Shown one piece after another: positions 19,240 to 28,564 of a DNA stretch of 64,000 nucleotides; position 1 is the first letter of the stretch, and every line of letters begins with the position of its first letter. The translations under genes were made by a program, and so were the position numbers. The stretch comes from Patescibacteria group bacterium (GTDB taxonomy: Bacteria > Patescibacteriota > Patescibacteriia > 2-12-FULL-60-25). The stretch is from positions 38,658 through 102,657 of the forward strand of contig JAQURS010000002.1 in the NCBI GenBank assembly GCA_028715505.1, written 5' to 3'. Under the pieces are notes generated by a model. That model ran no database searches. It was not told the DNA's origin and was given only the letters and a program-made list of their open reading frames with translations.

Positions 19240-20580
19240 ATGGGAGATATCCTGTCGTTCGACATCAACGTATTTTTGGCCAGCGTTGGCACAAGCCCAT
19301 TTGATGCCATGCTTTACATCTTCCTGCATGGCGGTTGGGTGTTTTTCGCGTATGCCTTCATCTGGATGTTCATCCACGGCTGGCTGGAGTACAAGCAAAT
19401 CCAATACGTGAGGAGCAAGGAGATGGTTTGCCTGGCCATTGATATCCCTAAAAACACCGAGAAGGATCCGGGGCAGGCGCTGCGGGGAGTCGAAAACATT
19501 TTCGCCCACCTGGCCGGCGCCCACTCAAGCATTTCCTGGACGGATAAATGGATGAAGGGCGTTATCCAGGATGAAATATCATTGGAAATCATAAGCATCG
19601 AAGGCCGGATCCAATTCATAATCAATACCGTGCGCCGTTTCCGCGATTTGGTGGAAGCCTCGATTTACGCGCAATATCCCGAAGCCCAGATCGTAGAGGT
19701 TGAGGATTACGCGAAAGCGGTACCGACAAATTATCCCGACCGGGAATGGGATCTTTGGGGTACGGAAATGTATCCAGCGCCAAACCAGTTTAAATCGGAC
19801 TTATACCCGATCAAGACCTATCCGAATTTTGAACATTCGATGAGCGGCGAACTTAAAGATCCTTTGGCCGTCTTATTGGAAGGTTTTTCCCGTTTAGGTC
19901 CGGGGGAGCAGGCCTGGCTTCAGTTCATCCTCATTCCCATCGAGCAGGTGGCTTATAAGAAAAAAGGAGAGGCCCTGATCAAAAAATTAAAAGGCGAGAA
20001 AGAAACGCCTAAACAGTCGTTGCCTGAAATGTTATTGCTTGCGCCTTTTAATCTGTTCATTGCCTTGGCTAATGGAATTATTGGCGGTTCGTCCGAAACT
20101 AAGAAGCCCGAAAAGGACGCGTTCTCGGCCAGGATCTTTAACTTGACTCCTGGTGAGCGTAAAGTTTTAGAGGCGGTAGAAGTGAAGGTTTCAAAGATCG
20201 CTTATCTGGTTAAGGTAAGGTTCATCTACGCCGGAAAGAAAGCCGTTTTTAAGAAGCCGAAAGCGGTTAATTCTTTCATTGGTTTCATGAAGCAGATGAA
20301 TACGAACGACATGCTTTCGCTCAAGCCCGATCTTAAAAAAGTCGGCCTAAGCAGCGCCTTCTGGTTTTTCAAAGACGCCCGCAATAACCTGCATAAAAAC
20401 AGGTTGATCAAGTATTACCGTGGCCGTTCGGCTTTTGACGGCAATCCACCGCATTACTTTAATTGCGAGGAGATTGCCACATATTGGCATTTCCCGCACA
20501 CTTTCCAAGTAAGGGCGCCGCAACTCAAAAAGATCGAAGTCAAATCAGTCGAGCCGCCTTACAATTTGCCGATTGTCTAA
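19240..20580 (+). CDS. Membrane-anchored hypothetical protein (partner of the T4CP-like ATPase)
   Basis: N-terminal hydrophobic helices (AMLYIFLHGGWVFFAYAFIWMFIHGWL), an internal hydrophobic segment (LLLAPFNLFIALANGIIGG) and a large soluble part. No family recognised. Confidence 0.65.
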   Translation: MGDILSFDINVFLASVGTSPFDAMLYIFLHGGWVFFAYAFIWMFIHGWLEYKQIQYVRSKEMVCLAIDIPKNTEKDPGQALRGVENIFAHLAGAHSSISWTDKWMKGVIQDEISLEIISIEGRIQFIINTVRRFRDLVEASIYAQYPEAQIVEVEDYAKAVPTNYPDREWDLWGTEMYPAPNQFKSDLYPIKTYPNFEHSMSGELKDPLAVLLEGFSRLGPGEQAWLQFILIPIEQVAYKKKGEALIKKLKGEKETPKQSLPEMLLLAPFNLFIALANGIIGGSSETKKPEKDAFSARIFNLTPGERKVLEAVEVKVSKIAYLVKVRFIYAGKKAVFKKPKAVNSFIGFMKQMNTNDMLSLKPDLKKVGLSSAFWFFKDARNNLHKNRLIKYYRGRSAFDGNPPHYFNCEEIATYWHFPHTFQVRAPQLKKIEVKSVEPPYNLPIV

Positions 20581-20586
20581 CAGTTT

Positions 20587-22824
20587 ATGGCTATTCAGTA
20601 CACCCATGACCATGAAAATGAGATAACTTTGTTCGCCGAAACCAATTTTAGGAATCAGCGGAGGCGTTTTGGAATTAAAACGGATGACCGGCGCAAACAC
20701 GTCTACATCATCGGTAAAACCGGCATGGGCAAAACGGTTTTGCAGGAAAACATGATCATGTCGGATATTATGGCCGGCCATGGCGTATGTTATATCGATC
20801 CGCACGGAGACACGGCGGAAAAGCTTTTGGATTACATTCCCTCGAATCGCATCAATGACGTGGTGTATTTTAACCCGGCGGACTCGGATTTTCCGGTGGG
20901 TTTTAATATTTTGGAAACTATCGGTGATAGCCAAAAACATCTGGCGGCGAGCGGATTAATGGGCGTCTTCAAAAAGATTTGGCCGGATGTTTGGAGCGCC
21001 CGCATGGAATACATCCTGCTGAATTGCGTGTTGGCTCTTTTGGATTATCCGGGCGCGACTTTACTTGGCATTAACCGGCTCTTGGTTGACCAGGAATACA
21101 GGGAGCGCGTCATAGCTAAAATCCGCGATCCCATTGTTAAGACTTTTTGGGTGGCGGAGTTCAGTTCCTGGGAAGTTAAGTATCAAACCGAGGCTATCGC
21201 ACCTATCCAAAATAAAGTCGGACAATTTTTGTCGGCCTCCATCATCCGCAATATCGTATCCCAAGTTAAATCCACAATCGACCTACGAGACATAATGGAT
21301 AGCGGCAAGATTTTTATCGTCAACCTATCAAAGGGCCGGATCGGCGAAGAGAATATGAAGTTGTTGGGCGGCATGATTATTTCGCGCATCCAGATGGCGG
21401 CCATGGAACGCGTAGACCTCCCGGAAGATGACCGACGCGATTTTTATCTCTTTGTTGACGAATTCCAGAATTTCGCTAACGAGTCTTTCGCGTCGATTTT
21501 GTCAGAAGCTCGTAAATATCGCCTTAATCTGACGGTTGCCCACCAATATATTGAACAGCTGACGGAAGAGGTCAGAGCGGCCGTCATAGGTAACGCCGGT
21601 TCGATTTTAGCTTTCAGAATCGGCGGGACCGACGCGGCGTTTTTGGAGCAGGAGTTTTCGCCGACTTTCACGCCGGAAGATTTGGTCAACCTGTCTAAAT
21701 ATACGATTTATCTCAAACTCATGGTGGACGGCGTGGCCACGTCGCCCTTTTCGGCCAGCACCCTGCCACCGATGGCGATTTTTTCTGGCAATGCCCAAAA
21801 AGTTATTTCGGTTTCTCGAGAGCGTTATGCCGTTCCGCGTTCCAATATAGAAGAAAAAGTTTTGCGCTGGAGCGGCATGGAAGCCATGTCCTCCCTCCGG
21901 GCCGCGGAAAGCGAAGAGCAGGCCAAAGAGGCTGACGATGTTAAGGAAATGCTGGGCGGCACGCCGGCTTCGATGTTGGGAGGCGGTCCAACCCCCGAGG
22001 CATACAAAGCTCCGCTTTTGCAGGACACTCCGAGCCCGGTTAAAGAAGAAGGCGAGGACGAATCGGTAGTTGAGTATCTAAAGATTTCTCCAGAGCGTTT
22101 GAAAGCCATCGTCAGGCCATCCCCCGGCGGCAAAAAGGAAAAGCCGAAGTTTTCGCATACCTGCGACCGTTGCGGAAAAGTTTGGGACATGCCCATCCAG
22201 CTCGACCCGAGCCGGCCGATTTATTGCGCGGATTGCATGCCGATCGTGCGCGAAGAAAGGAAAACCAAGGGCAAAGTCGTGAAAATGGTGCCAGAGCCTG
22301 AACAAGGGGATCGTCCCTCATCTTTTGTTCCGCGTCCGCCGGCAGGGCAGTCGAGTTCCAGACGCGAGAGTCGTCCTATAGAACGTCGGAATTCCGAGTA
22401 CGAAAAACCGCCTAAAAAGGGCAAGCCGCCCGAGCCTAACCGGCCGCGTGTCATTGGGGAAATCAAGTTACCTGAAGGACAAACCGAAAATAAAGCGTAC
22501 GAACAGGCGTCTAAATCACCTGAATCAATGAAGCCGGAACCGCCGCGCAGAACGGGTTTGTTGGCCGAGCTGGAGCGCATTAAGGGCAGGGCCTTGGAAA
22601 CCAGTAAGTCTAAAGTAGAAAGGCAAATTGAGGCGCCAAAAATTCCGTCCAGCCGTCCAGTCCAACCTCCGCCCAAAGCGAAGAATCCTGAGCCGGTTGT
22701 CCAGGTAAAAAAAGAAGAAGAACCGGAAGAACATCCGCGGACGCTGACGGTTTTTAAACGGACTCCATCCAGCGGTAACGAAGAACATAAGACTTTAAGG
22801 CCCGGCCAGCGTGTCACTTTTTAA
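20587..22824 (+). CDS. VirD4/TraD/TraG-like (type IV coupling protein-like) P-loop NTPase with C-terminal zinc ribbon and disordered tail
   Basis: Walker A IIGKTGMGKT (20713-20736), YIDPHGD, Walker B FYLFVDEFQNF, RKYRLNLTVAHQYIEQL. CDRC-x17-CADC at 22162-22236, then a P/K/E/S-rich tail of about 195 aa. No TM helix. Confidence 0.7.
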   Translation: MAIQYTHDHENEITLFAETNFRNQRRRFGIKTDDRRKHVYIIGKTGMGKTVLQENMIMSDIMAGHGVCYIDPHGDTAEKLLDYIPSNRINDVVYFNPADSDFPVGFNILETIGDSQKHLAASGLMGVFKKIWPDVWSARMEYILLNCVLALLDYPGATLLGINRLLVDQEYRERVIAKIRDPIVKTFWVAEFSSWEVKYQTEAIAPIQNKVGQFLSASIIRNIVSQVKSTIDLRDIMDSGKIFIVNLSKGRIGEENMKLLGGMIISRIQMAAMERVDLPEDDRRDFYLFVDEFQNFANESFASILSEARKYRLNLTVAHQYIEQLTEEVRAAVIGNAGSILAFRIGGTDAAFLEQEFSPTFTPEDLVNLSKYTIYLKLMVDGVATSPFSASTLPPMAIFSGNAQKVISVSRERYAVPRSNIEEKVLRWSGMEAMSSLRAAESEEQAKEADDVKEMLGGTPASMLGGGPTPEAYKAPLLQDTPSPVKEEGEDESVVEYLKISPERLKAIVRPSPGGKKEKPKFSHTCDRCGKVWDMPIQLDPSRPIYCADCMPIVREERKTKGKVVKMVPEPEQGDRPSSFVPRPPAGQSSSRRESRPIERRNSEYEKPPKKGKPPEPNRPRVIGEIKLPEGQTENKAYEQASKSPESMKPEPPRRTGLLAELERIKGRALETSKSKVERQIEAPKIPSSRPVQPPPKAKNPEPVVQVKKEEEPEEHPRTLTVFKRTPSSGNEEHKTLRPGQRVTF

Positions 22825-22833
22825 AATTTAAAT

Positions 22834-23517
22834 ATGCCCGAACGCGTTTCTTTCCAAACTTTTGACGGGGTAAAAATCGTGGCCGAATGGTACCCGGTCC
22901 CAACGACCGTGGGCGTGGCTGTTTTGCTCCACATGATGCCCATGGACCGGCGGTCTTGGGCGCCTTTGCAACAGGTTTTGGCCAAATACGGGATTGCCTC
23001 GTTGGCTTTGGATTTGCGGGGACATGGGGAGAGTTTGGAAACCGAAACCGGGCAAAAACTGGATTATAAGAATTTCGATGACATCCAACATCAGCAATGC
23101 CTGAACGACGTCCAGTCGGCTTTGGATTGGTTAGTCAATAAGAATTATCCTCTGGACAGGATCATGACGGTTGGAGCATCTTTTGGCGCCAACTTGGCTT
23201 TGTTTATGCTGGAGCAGGAACCGAGGCTTTGCGGGGCTGTTTTGCTTTCGCCCGGCGATTACCGGGGCATGGACGCGGTGGAAGAGGCCTCGTACGTCAA
23301 ACCTAGCCATTGCCTCTGGGCCGCGGCTTCTGAAGGCGACGATCCGGAAGCTTTCGAAGCGGCCGGCAAAATCGTGGAGCAAGCGGCCGCCGATCGGAAA
23401 GCTTTCGTGCCTTACAAAAACGCGGGTCATGGAATCCATCTTTTTACATCAGATCCAAAGCTCATGGACGCCTTAGCAACCTGGATGAGGGATTCATTTC
23501 AGTTGCCGATCCAGTAA
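22834..23517 (+). CDS. Alpha/beta-fold hydrolase
   Basis: LDLRGHGES, nucleophile elbow GASFG, and C-terminal NAGHG. Confidence 0.7.
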   Translation: MPERVSFQTFDGVKIVAEWYPVPTTVGVAVLLHMMPMDRRSWAPLQQVLAKYGIASLALDLRGHGESLETETGQKLDYKNFDDIQHQQCLNDVQSALDWLVNKNYPLDRIMTVGASFGANLALFMLEQEPRLCGAVLLSPGDYRGMDAVEEASYVKPSHCLWAAASEGDDPEAFEAAGKIVEQAAADRKAFVPYKNAGHGIHLFTSDPKLMDALATWMRDSFQLPIQ

Positions 23518-23531
23518 GCTGGAGGATGATT

Positions 23532-25430
23532 ATGGAAAATCCCTTCCTCATCCAAAAATACCCCGATCTCCCAGGCTCCAAGCCCGTTGAATCGGCCGTT
23601 AAGAAAGCCCGCCAATCAGGGGAAAAGATTCGCAACAATCCGGAGGAAAGGGTTGAGGCCTACCTTGATCGTCTGGAAAAATTAGTGATGGATCCCGGAA
23701 GGGAGCAAGAATCCAAACAATTCGCGGGCCAGTCACGCCCTCGCGCCCTTTCTCTGCTGCGTGAGATGCTCATGAACAAATACGTCCGGCCAAATAAGGA
23801 AAAAATGGCTCAGGGAGCGGCCAGGGTAGAGGAGCGGGCAGCTCGTGAGCTTGGCATCCAAGCAGAATACGGAGAGCGAGAGCTTGAGCAAAGAGGTGAA
23901 ATCGCGGTTGAAGACTTGGAAAAGTCCCTGGATAACTGGATCTCATACCTTTCGGACGCCAATGAACCTTATCCCGTCTGGTTCCGTTATTACGTCTTCC
24001 GCAATATTCTTGAACTTACGGATTACGATAAAGACAAAAAGGAATTCTCAAAACGTTCAGCCGGAACGACCAAACTTTTTCCGGAAAAAGACAGCGGAGC
24101 TTTGGCTTATGTGGAGGACAGGATTGAGGCATCTAAAGATCCAACCAAGCTCGAACGTCTGCGCCGAGCCCAGGAAGTAGCTCAAACTCCTGCAGAACTG
24201 CTCATCACTCGACAAAAAGCTGAACAATTCGCCAAACTTCCCTTTGCCAAACAATACGCGGAAGGCATCCAACAATCCGGGGAGATTACGCCTGAAATGA
24301 AAAAGGAGACCAGAGGCAAATGGGTCAAATACCAGCAAGGCACCGATCCGACCGCCCTTTGGGCCTCGCTCCAAAACAAAGGCACGGCCTGGTGCACCAA
24401 AGGCTTTGCCACGGCCGAGACTCAGCTCAAAGGCGGAGACTTCTACGTCTATTACACTCTAGATAAACAAGGCAAGCCCGCCATTCCCCGCGTTGCCATC
24501 CGGATGCAAGGTGACCAGGTCGGAGAAGTCCGTGGCGTATCAGATAGCCAGCAGAACGTTGAGCCCAACATGCTTGAAATTGCCCAAGAGAAATACCATC
24601 CACTGCCCGGGGGAGACGTCTATGACAAGAAATCCGGTGACGTAAAGAAATTGTCCGAATTGGAAAAGAAGACCCAATCCGGACAGCAACTGGTAAGAGA
24701 AGACCTTATCTTCCTTTATGAACTCGAAGCCCCGATTGATAGTTTTGGTTACGGCAAACATCCTAAAATCCAAGAGCTGCGTTCCAAACGCAACCCCATA
24801 GCCGACATGCCGGTCGTTTTTGATTGCGAAGCTAAACAGATCGCCACCAGCCCCCAGGAAATCAATGAAAATACCAAGGCTTTTGTCGGCCCGCTCTTCC
24901 CAGGTATTTTCAAAGCTTTAAGCCATGTTGAGCATGTCTATACTTCTTTCCCTGAAGGTAAAATCAAAAAATTCAGCGTTGAAATTGGAGGTCGGACTGA
25001 GGAACAACTCGAAGCAGACCTAGAAAAATCCAAGATAAATGTCAGCGAGTACGCCCGCCACATGATGAAACAAAAGGAATTCACGACGGAAAACAAGCCG
25101 GAACAAGCTGATCTCGTTCGTCTTAAGGTCAGGGATATATTCAGCAATCTAGAAAGTCATACCACGGACGAGATCTATAAAAAAGCTGAAGAACTCGGTC
25201 TCGAGCTTTGTCCGGCCGAAGTCGGGCCACGTTTGCGTTTGGATTATAAAGACCAGCCATTGGGCGAATGGTTTTACATTGCAATGAAACAAATCAACGA
25301 TCCCGACGGCGGCCCGGGCGTCTTCAGGCTTGCGCGCAGTACCGACGGGCTCTGGCTGGGCGACCTTTGGGCGAGTCCCCGGAGTGCCTGGGGTCCTGAC
25401 GACGAGTTGGTGTTCCGCTTCCGCAAGTGA
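23532..25430 (+). CDS. Large hypothetical protein (632 aa)
   Basis: ATG at 23532 lies 6 nt after GGAGG. Helical, charged N-terminal third. The central GTAWCTKGF...GGDFYVYY...PRVAIRMQGDQVGEVRG resembles PcfJ-like motif logic only weakly. Confidence 0.6.
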   Translation: MENPFLIQKYPDLPGSKPVESAVKKARQSGEKIRNNPEERVEAYLDRLEKLVMDPGREQESKQFAGQSRPRALSLLREMLMNKYVRPNKEKMAQGAARVEERAARELGIQAEYGERELEQRGEIAVEDLEKSLDNWISYLSDANEPYPVWFRYYVFRNILELTDYDKDKKEFSKRSAGTTKLFPEKDSGALAYVEDRIEASKDPTKLERLRRAQEVAQTPAELLITRQKAEQFAKLPFAKQYAEGIQQSGEITPEMKKETRGKWVKYQQGTDPTALWASLQNKGTAWCTKGFATAETQLKGGDFYVYYTLDKQGKPAIPRVAIRMQGDQVGEVRGVSDSQQNVEPNMLEIAQEKYHPLPGGDVYDKKSGDVKKLSELEKKTQSGQQLVREDLIFLYELEAPIDSFGYGKHPKIQELRSKRNPIADMPVVFDCEAKQIATSPQEINENTKAFVGPLFPGIFKALSHVEHVYTSFPEGKIKKFSVEIGGRTEEQLEADLEKSKINVSEYARHMMKQKEFTTENKPEQADLVRLKVRDIFSNLESHTTDEIYKKAEELGLELCPAEVGPRLRLDYKDQPLGEWFYIAMKQINDPDGGPGVFRLARSTDGLWLGDLWASPRSAWGPDDELVFRFRK

Positions 25431-25485
25431 TTTTTTAAATTTTTGTTCCTTTTTTGGCCCTTTTTCACTTTGGTACTTTGATGCT

Positions 25486-25514
25486 TTGTCTGCCTTGGCA
25501 AAAAAGTGTACAAT
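25486..25514 (+). promoter_or_regulatory. Promoter TTGTCT-17-TACAAT
   Basis: The -10 ends at 25514 and the ATG is at 25521 (6 nt after, no SD). Confidence 0.5.
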
Positions 25515-25520
25515 CAAATT

Positions 25521-26456
25521 ATGAGCAAGATAAGGTCTATCAGCCTTTTAGCGTTAAGCTTAAGTTTTGCGCCATGTTTGGCTTCGGCCGCCACGACTAC
25601 GCAAACTAGTGTTAGTGGGCAACCTCGCCGTTTGGCCCAAGCTATCGATTTTGAATTGAAGGAAAAGGGTTTCGAATCGGCTTTGGTGATAGACGCTAAA
25701 ACCAAAAAAGTCCTTTATTCGTATCAACCCGATAAGAAATGGCCAGCCGCCAGTCTGACCAAGCTCGTCGGGGCCATGGTTTATCTGGATAGGAAGCCGG
25801 CTTGGAACTCGGTTGTCGCCATGTCCAAGGCGGACGAAGTCGGGGGAGGCCGTTTGCGGGTGAATCCCGGCGCTAAGCTGACAGTCAGGGATCTTTTATA
25901 TTCGAGTATTGTGGGCAGCGCCAATAATGCCGCCACGGCCATGGCCAGGTTGAGCAAGCTCGGAATGAAAAATTTTGTGGCCAACATGAATAAAAAAGCC
26001 AAGGCCATCGGATGCACCCAAACCAATTTCTACGACGCATCTGGCATGGACGCGCGCAACCTGACGACCGTCCAGGACATGGCTAGGATCGCGGACGCGG
26101 CTTTTAACGTCCCGGAGATTCGTCGGGCTGCCACTACGGCCAGTTACACCTTCAAGATTTTGAATGCCAGCCCAAAAAATAATTTGCATACCGTCAAAAA
26201 CACGAACGTTTTGCTGGTCGAAGATAACGGTTTATACGTCACGGGCGGCAAAACGGGTTATTTGGACGAATCAAAAAATAACCTGATCGTTCGGCTTAGG
26301 CCTTCGGCCGTTGATCGGTCAAAGGAGGTCTTGGTGGTAGTTTTTGGAGCCGAGAGTAGGCAATCTTTATTTGCCGAAGCCGAGCGTCTTGCCCGTTGGA
26401 GCTGGTCGGCGTATGATTGGTCGACGCCAATGGTGGCTAAGGCCTATGGAAATTAA
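25521..26456 (+). CDS. D-alanyl-D-alanine carboxypeptidase (peptidase S11, low-MW PBP)
   Basis: Signal peptide, then SLTK, SAN and KTG(Y) motifs in canonical order. Confidence 0.85.
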   Translation: MSKIRSISLLALSLSFAPCLASAATTTQTSVSGQPRRLAQAIDFELKEKGFESALVIDAKTKKVLYSYQPDKKWPAASLTKLVGAMVYLDRKPAWNSVVAMSKADEVGGGRLRVNPGAKLTVRDLLYSSIVGSANNAATAMARLSKLGMKNFVANMNKKAKAIGCTQTNFYDASGMDARNLTTVQDMARIADAAFNVPEIRRAATTASYTFKILNASPKNNLHTVKNTNVLLVEDNGLYVTGGKTGYLDESKNNLIVRLRPSAVDRSKEVLVVVFGAESRQSLFAEAERLARWSWSAYDWSTPMVAKAYGN

Positions 26457-27465
26457 AAGTCTACAAATTAAGCTAAAAGAATTAAAGATGCCGGATTATC
26501 GTCTAAAACAGGCGCTTCGTTCGTATTATCAGGATCTTTTACCGGGGTGGGAGGATATCTCCACTTGGCCTAAGGATCTCCGTTCGGCATGCGCTGAGCT
26601 GACCTGGTCGCCGCTCAAAGAGATCGAAGTTTTAGAATCGAAAGAACCAGCTAGCGCGAAATTCCTTTTTGAAACATCCGATGGCTTGAGGATCGAATCA
26701 GTCGTCATGCGCCACAAGGATGGGCGCAATACGGTTTGCATATCTTCCCAGGCTGGTTGCTCCATGGGCTGCTCTTTTTGCGCGACCGGCGCGCAAGGCT
26801 TCAAACGCAACCTTTCCGCCGAAGAGATTGTGGATCAGGTTATTCAAGTCTCTCGATGGGTCAAAGCTAAAGACGGAGGCCGGGTCACGAACATCGTCTT
26901 TATGGGCATGGGCGAACCTTTCAATAATTCGGATAACGTTTTTGATGCTTTGAAACGTTTGATGGATCCGGAAATGGTGGGTTTGGGCGCGAGGCACATC
27001 AGTATCTCCACTTGTGGAATTATTCCTGGCATCCAACGGCTGGCCAAAGAAGCGCCTCAGGTTAATTTGGCGATTTCATTGCACGCCCCGGAGCAAAATT
27101 TACGCGCTAAGATCATGCCGGTGGCCAAGGCGTACGCTTTGGACAAGCTCATGCAAGCCGTGCGCGATTATCTCGAACGCACCAACCGCAAAGTCATGTT
27201 TGAATACGTGATGTTAAAAGGGATCAACGATAAACTGGAAGACGCCGAAGAGCTGGCGGACTTATTGGTCGATTTCAGGCACCTGGCTCATGTTAATCTG
27301 ATCAAATATCATTCGGCAGGCGGATCATATCAACCTTCGAATCAGGATACGCGGAGAAAATTCGCTAACGCGTTAAAGCGCCGGGGCATAGCCGTGACGG
27401 AACGGATATCTTTCGGCGAAGAGATCCAAGCCGCCTGCGGCCAACTGGCCGGGAAGAATTCATGA
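26446..27465 (+). CDS. rlmN: 23S rRNA/tRNA (adenine-C2)-methyltransferase, radical SAM
   Basis: CSMGCSFCATG radical-SAM cluster, MGMGEP, ISLHAP. Start chosen at ATG 26446 (MEIKSLQ...), overlapping the upstream gene by 11 nt. Confidence 0.88.
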   Translation: MEIKSLQIKLKELKMPDYRLKQALRSYYQDLLPGWEDISTWPKDLRSACAELTWSPLKEIEVLESKEPASAKFLFETSDGLRIESVVMRHKDGRNTVCISSQAGCSMGCSFCATGAQGFKRNLSAEEIVDQVIQVSRWVKAKDGGRVTNIVFMGMGEPFNNSDNVFDALKRLMDPEMVGLGARHISISTCGIIPGIQRLAKEAPQVNLAISLHAPEQNLRAKIMPVAKAYALDKLMQAVRDYLERTNRKVMFEYVMLKGINDKLEDAEELADLLVDFRHLAHVNLIKYHSAGGSYQPSNQDTRRKFANALKRRGIAVTERISFGEEIQAACGQLAGKNS

Positions 27466-28547
27466 AGCAATTAAGAAATAAAAAATCCAAGATCCTGGTT
27501 GCCATGAGTGGCGGGGTGGATTCGTCTTTGGTGGCGGCCTTGCTCGTCAAACAAGGTTACGACGTGACGGGCGGGTTCATCAAAAATTGGTCTGACACCA
27601 AAGATTTGGAAACGGGGGAATGCCAGTGGCGCGGCGAAAGGCGCGACGCGATCAGGGTGGCGGCGTCTTTAGACATCCCTCTTTTGACTTTTGATTTCGA
27701 AAAACAGTATCGCAAACTGGTGGTTAAAGAGCTGTTTGAGGGCTATGAAAAGGGCAAAACACCCAATCCGGACGTGCTTTGCAACGAGTACGTCAAATTC
27801 GGATTATTCTGGGAAAAAGCGAAAAAATTAGGCTTTGACTTAATGGCGACAGGGCATTACGCTAAGGTGGCTACGGATCGTAAAGGCACGGCCAGGATGT
27901 TCAGGGGTGAAGATAAAGGAAAGGATCAGTCTTACTTCCTCTACAGAGTTAAACAAGAAGCATTGGCCAGCACGCTTTTTCCTTTGGGCGGTTTCACCAA
28001 AACCCAAGTGAGGCGAATGGCTAAAAAATTCAAGCTTCCCGTGGCGGAAAAACCGGACAGCCAGGGAATATGCTTCATAGGAAAAATTAACTTTGGCGAG
28101 TTCTTGGCCAAGAAGCTCAAGCCCAAACCGGGTGATATTGTGACGCCCGAAGGCAAGGTTATTGGCCAGCACCAAGGATTGCATAATTACACCATCGGCC
28201 AGCGTCATCAGATCAAGGTGGCCGGCGAGCATGCCTGGTACGTGGCCGGCAAGGACCTCAATAAAAACCGTCTCTTGGTCGTAAGATCTCCTGAAGATGC
28301 CCGTTTGAACGCGAATCGGCTGACAATGGATGATTTGCATTGGATCGCGGGACGCCCGCCCAAAACTCCCGTTAAGGTTTTGGTCCAGGCGCGTTACAGA
28401 CAGACGCCCGTTCCAGCCAAGCTCAAATCAGTTAAAAACGGTCGGGCTGAGCTTTCCCTTCTAACCTCAATTAAAGCCGCCGCCACGGGGCAATCCGGAG
28501 TGATTTACAAAGGCCGGGAATGCCTTGGGGGCGGAGTGATAACGTGA
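27462..28547 (+). CDS. mnmA: tRNA-specific 2-thiouridylase
   Basis: VAMSGGVDSS PP-loop, NPDVLCN, DQSYFL motifs. ATGA overlap with rlmN. Confidence 0.92.
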   Translation: MKQLRNKKSKILVAMSGGVDSSLVAALLVKQGYDVTGGFIKNWSDTKDLETGECQWRGERRDAIRVAASLDIPLLTFDFEKQYRKLVVKELFEGYEKGKTPNPDVLCNEYVKFGLFWEKAKKLGFDLMATGHYAKVATDRKGTARMFRGEDKGKDQSYFLYRVKQEALASTLFPLGGFTKTQVRRMAKKFKLPVAEKPDSQGICFIGKINFGEFLAKKLKPKPGDIVTPEGKVIGQHQGLHNYTIGQRHQIKVAGEHAWYVAGKDLNKNRLLVVRSPEDARLNANRLTMDDLHWIAGRPPKTPVKVLVQARYRQTPVPAKLKSVKNGRAELSLLTSIKAAATGQSGVIYKGRECLGGGVIT

Positions 28548-28564
28548 TAGCCTAAGTCGAAATT

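Noticed and set aside
22221-22817. 198-aa ORF antisense to the tail of the T4CP-like ATPase
   Set aside because: It is the mirror of a low-complexity P/K/E-coding stretch. The sense frame is continuous with the ATPase and zinc ribbon.
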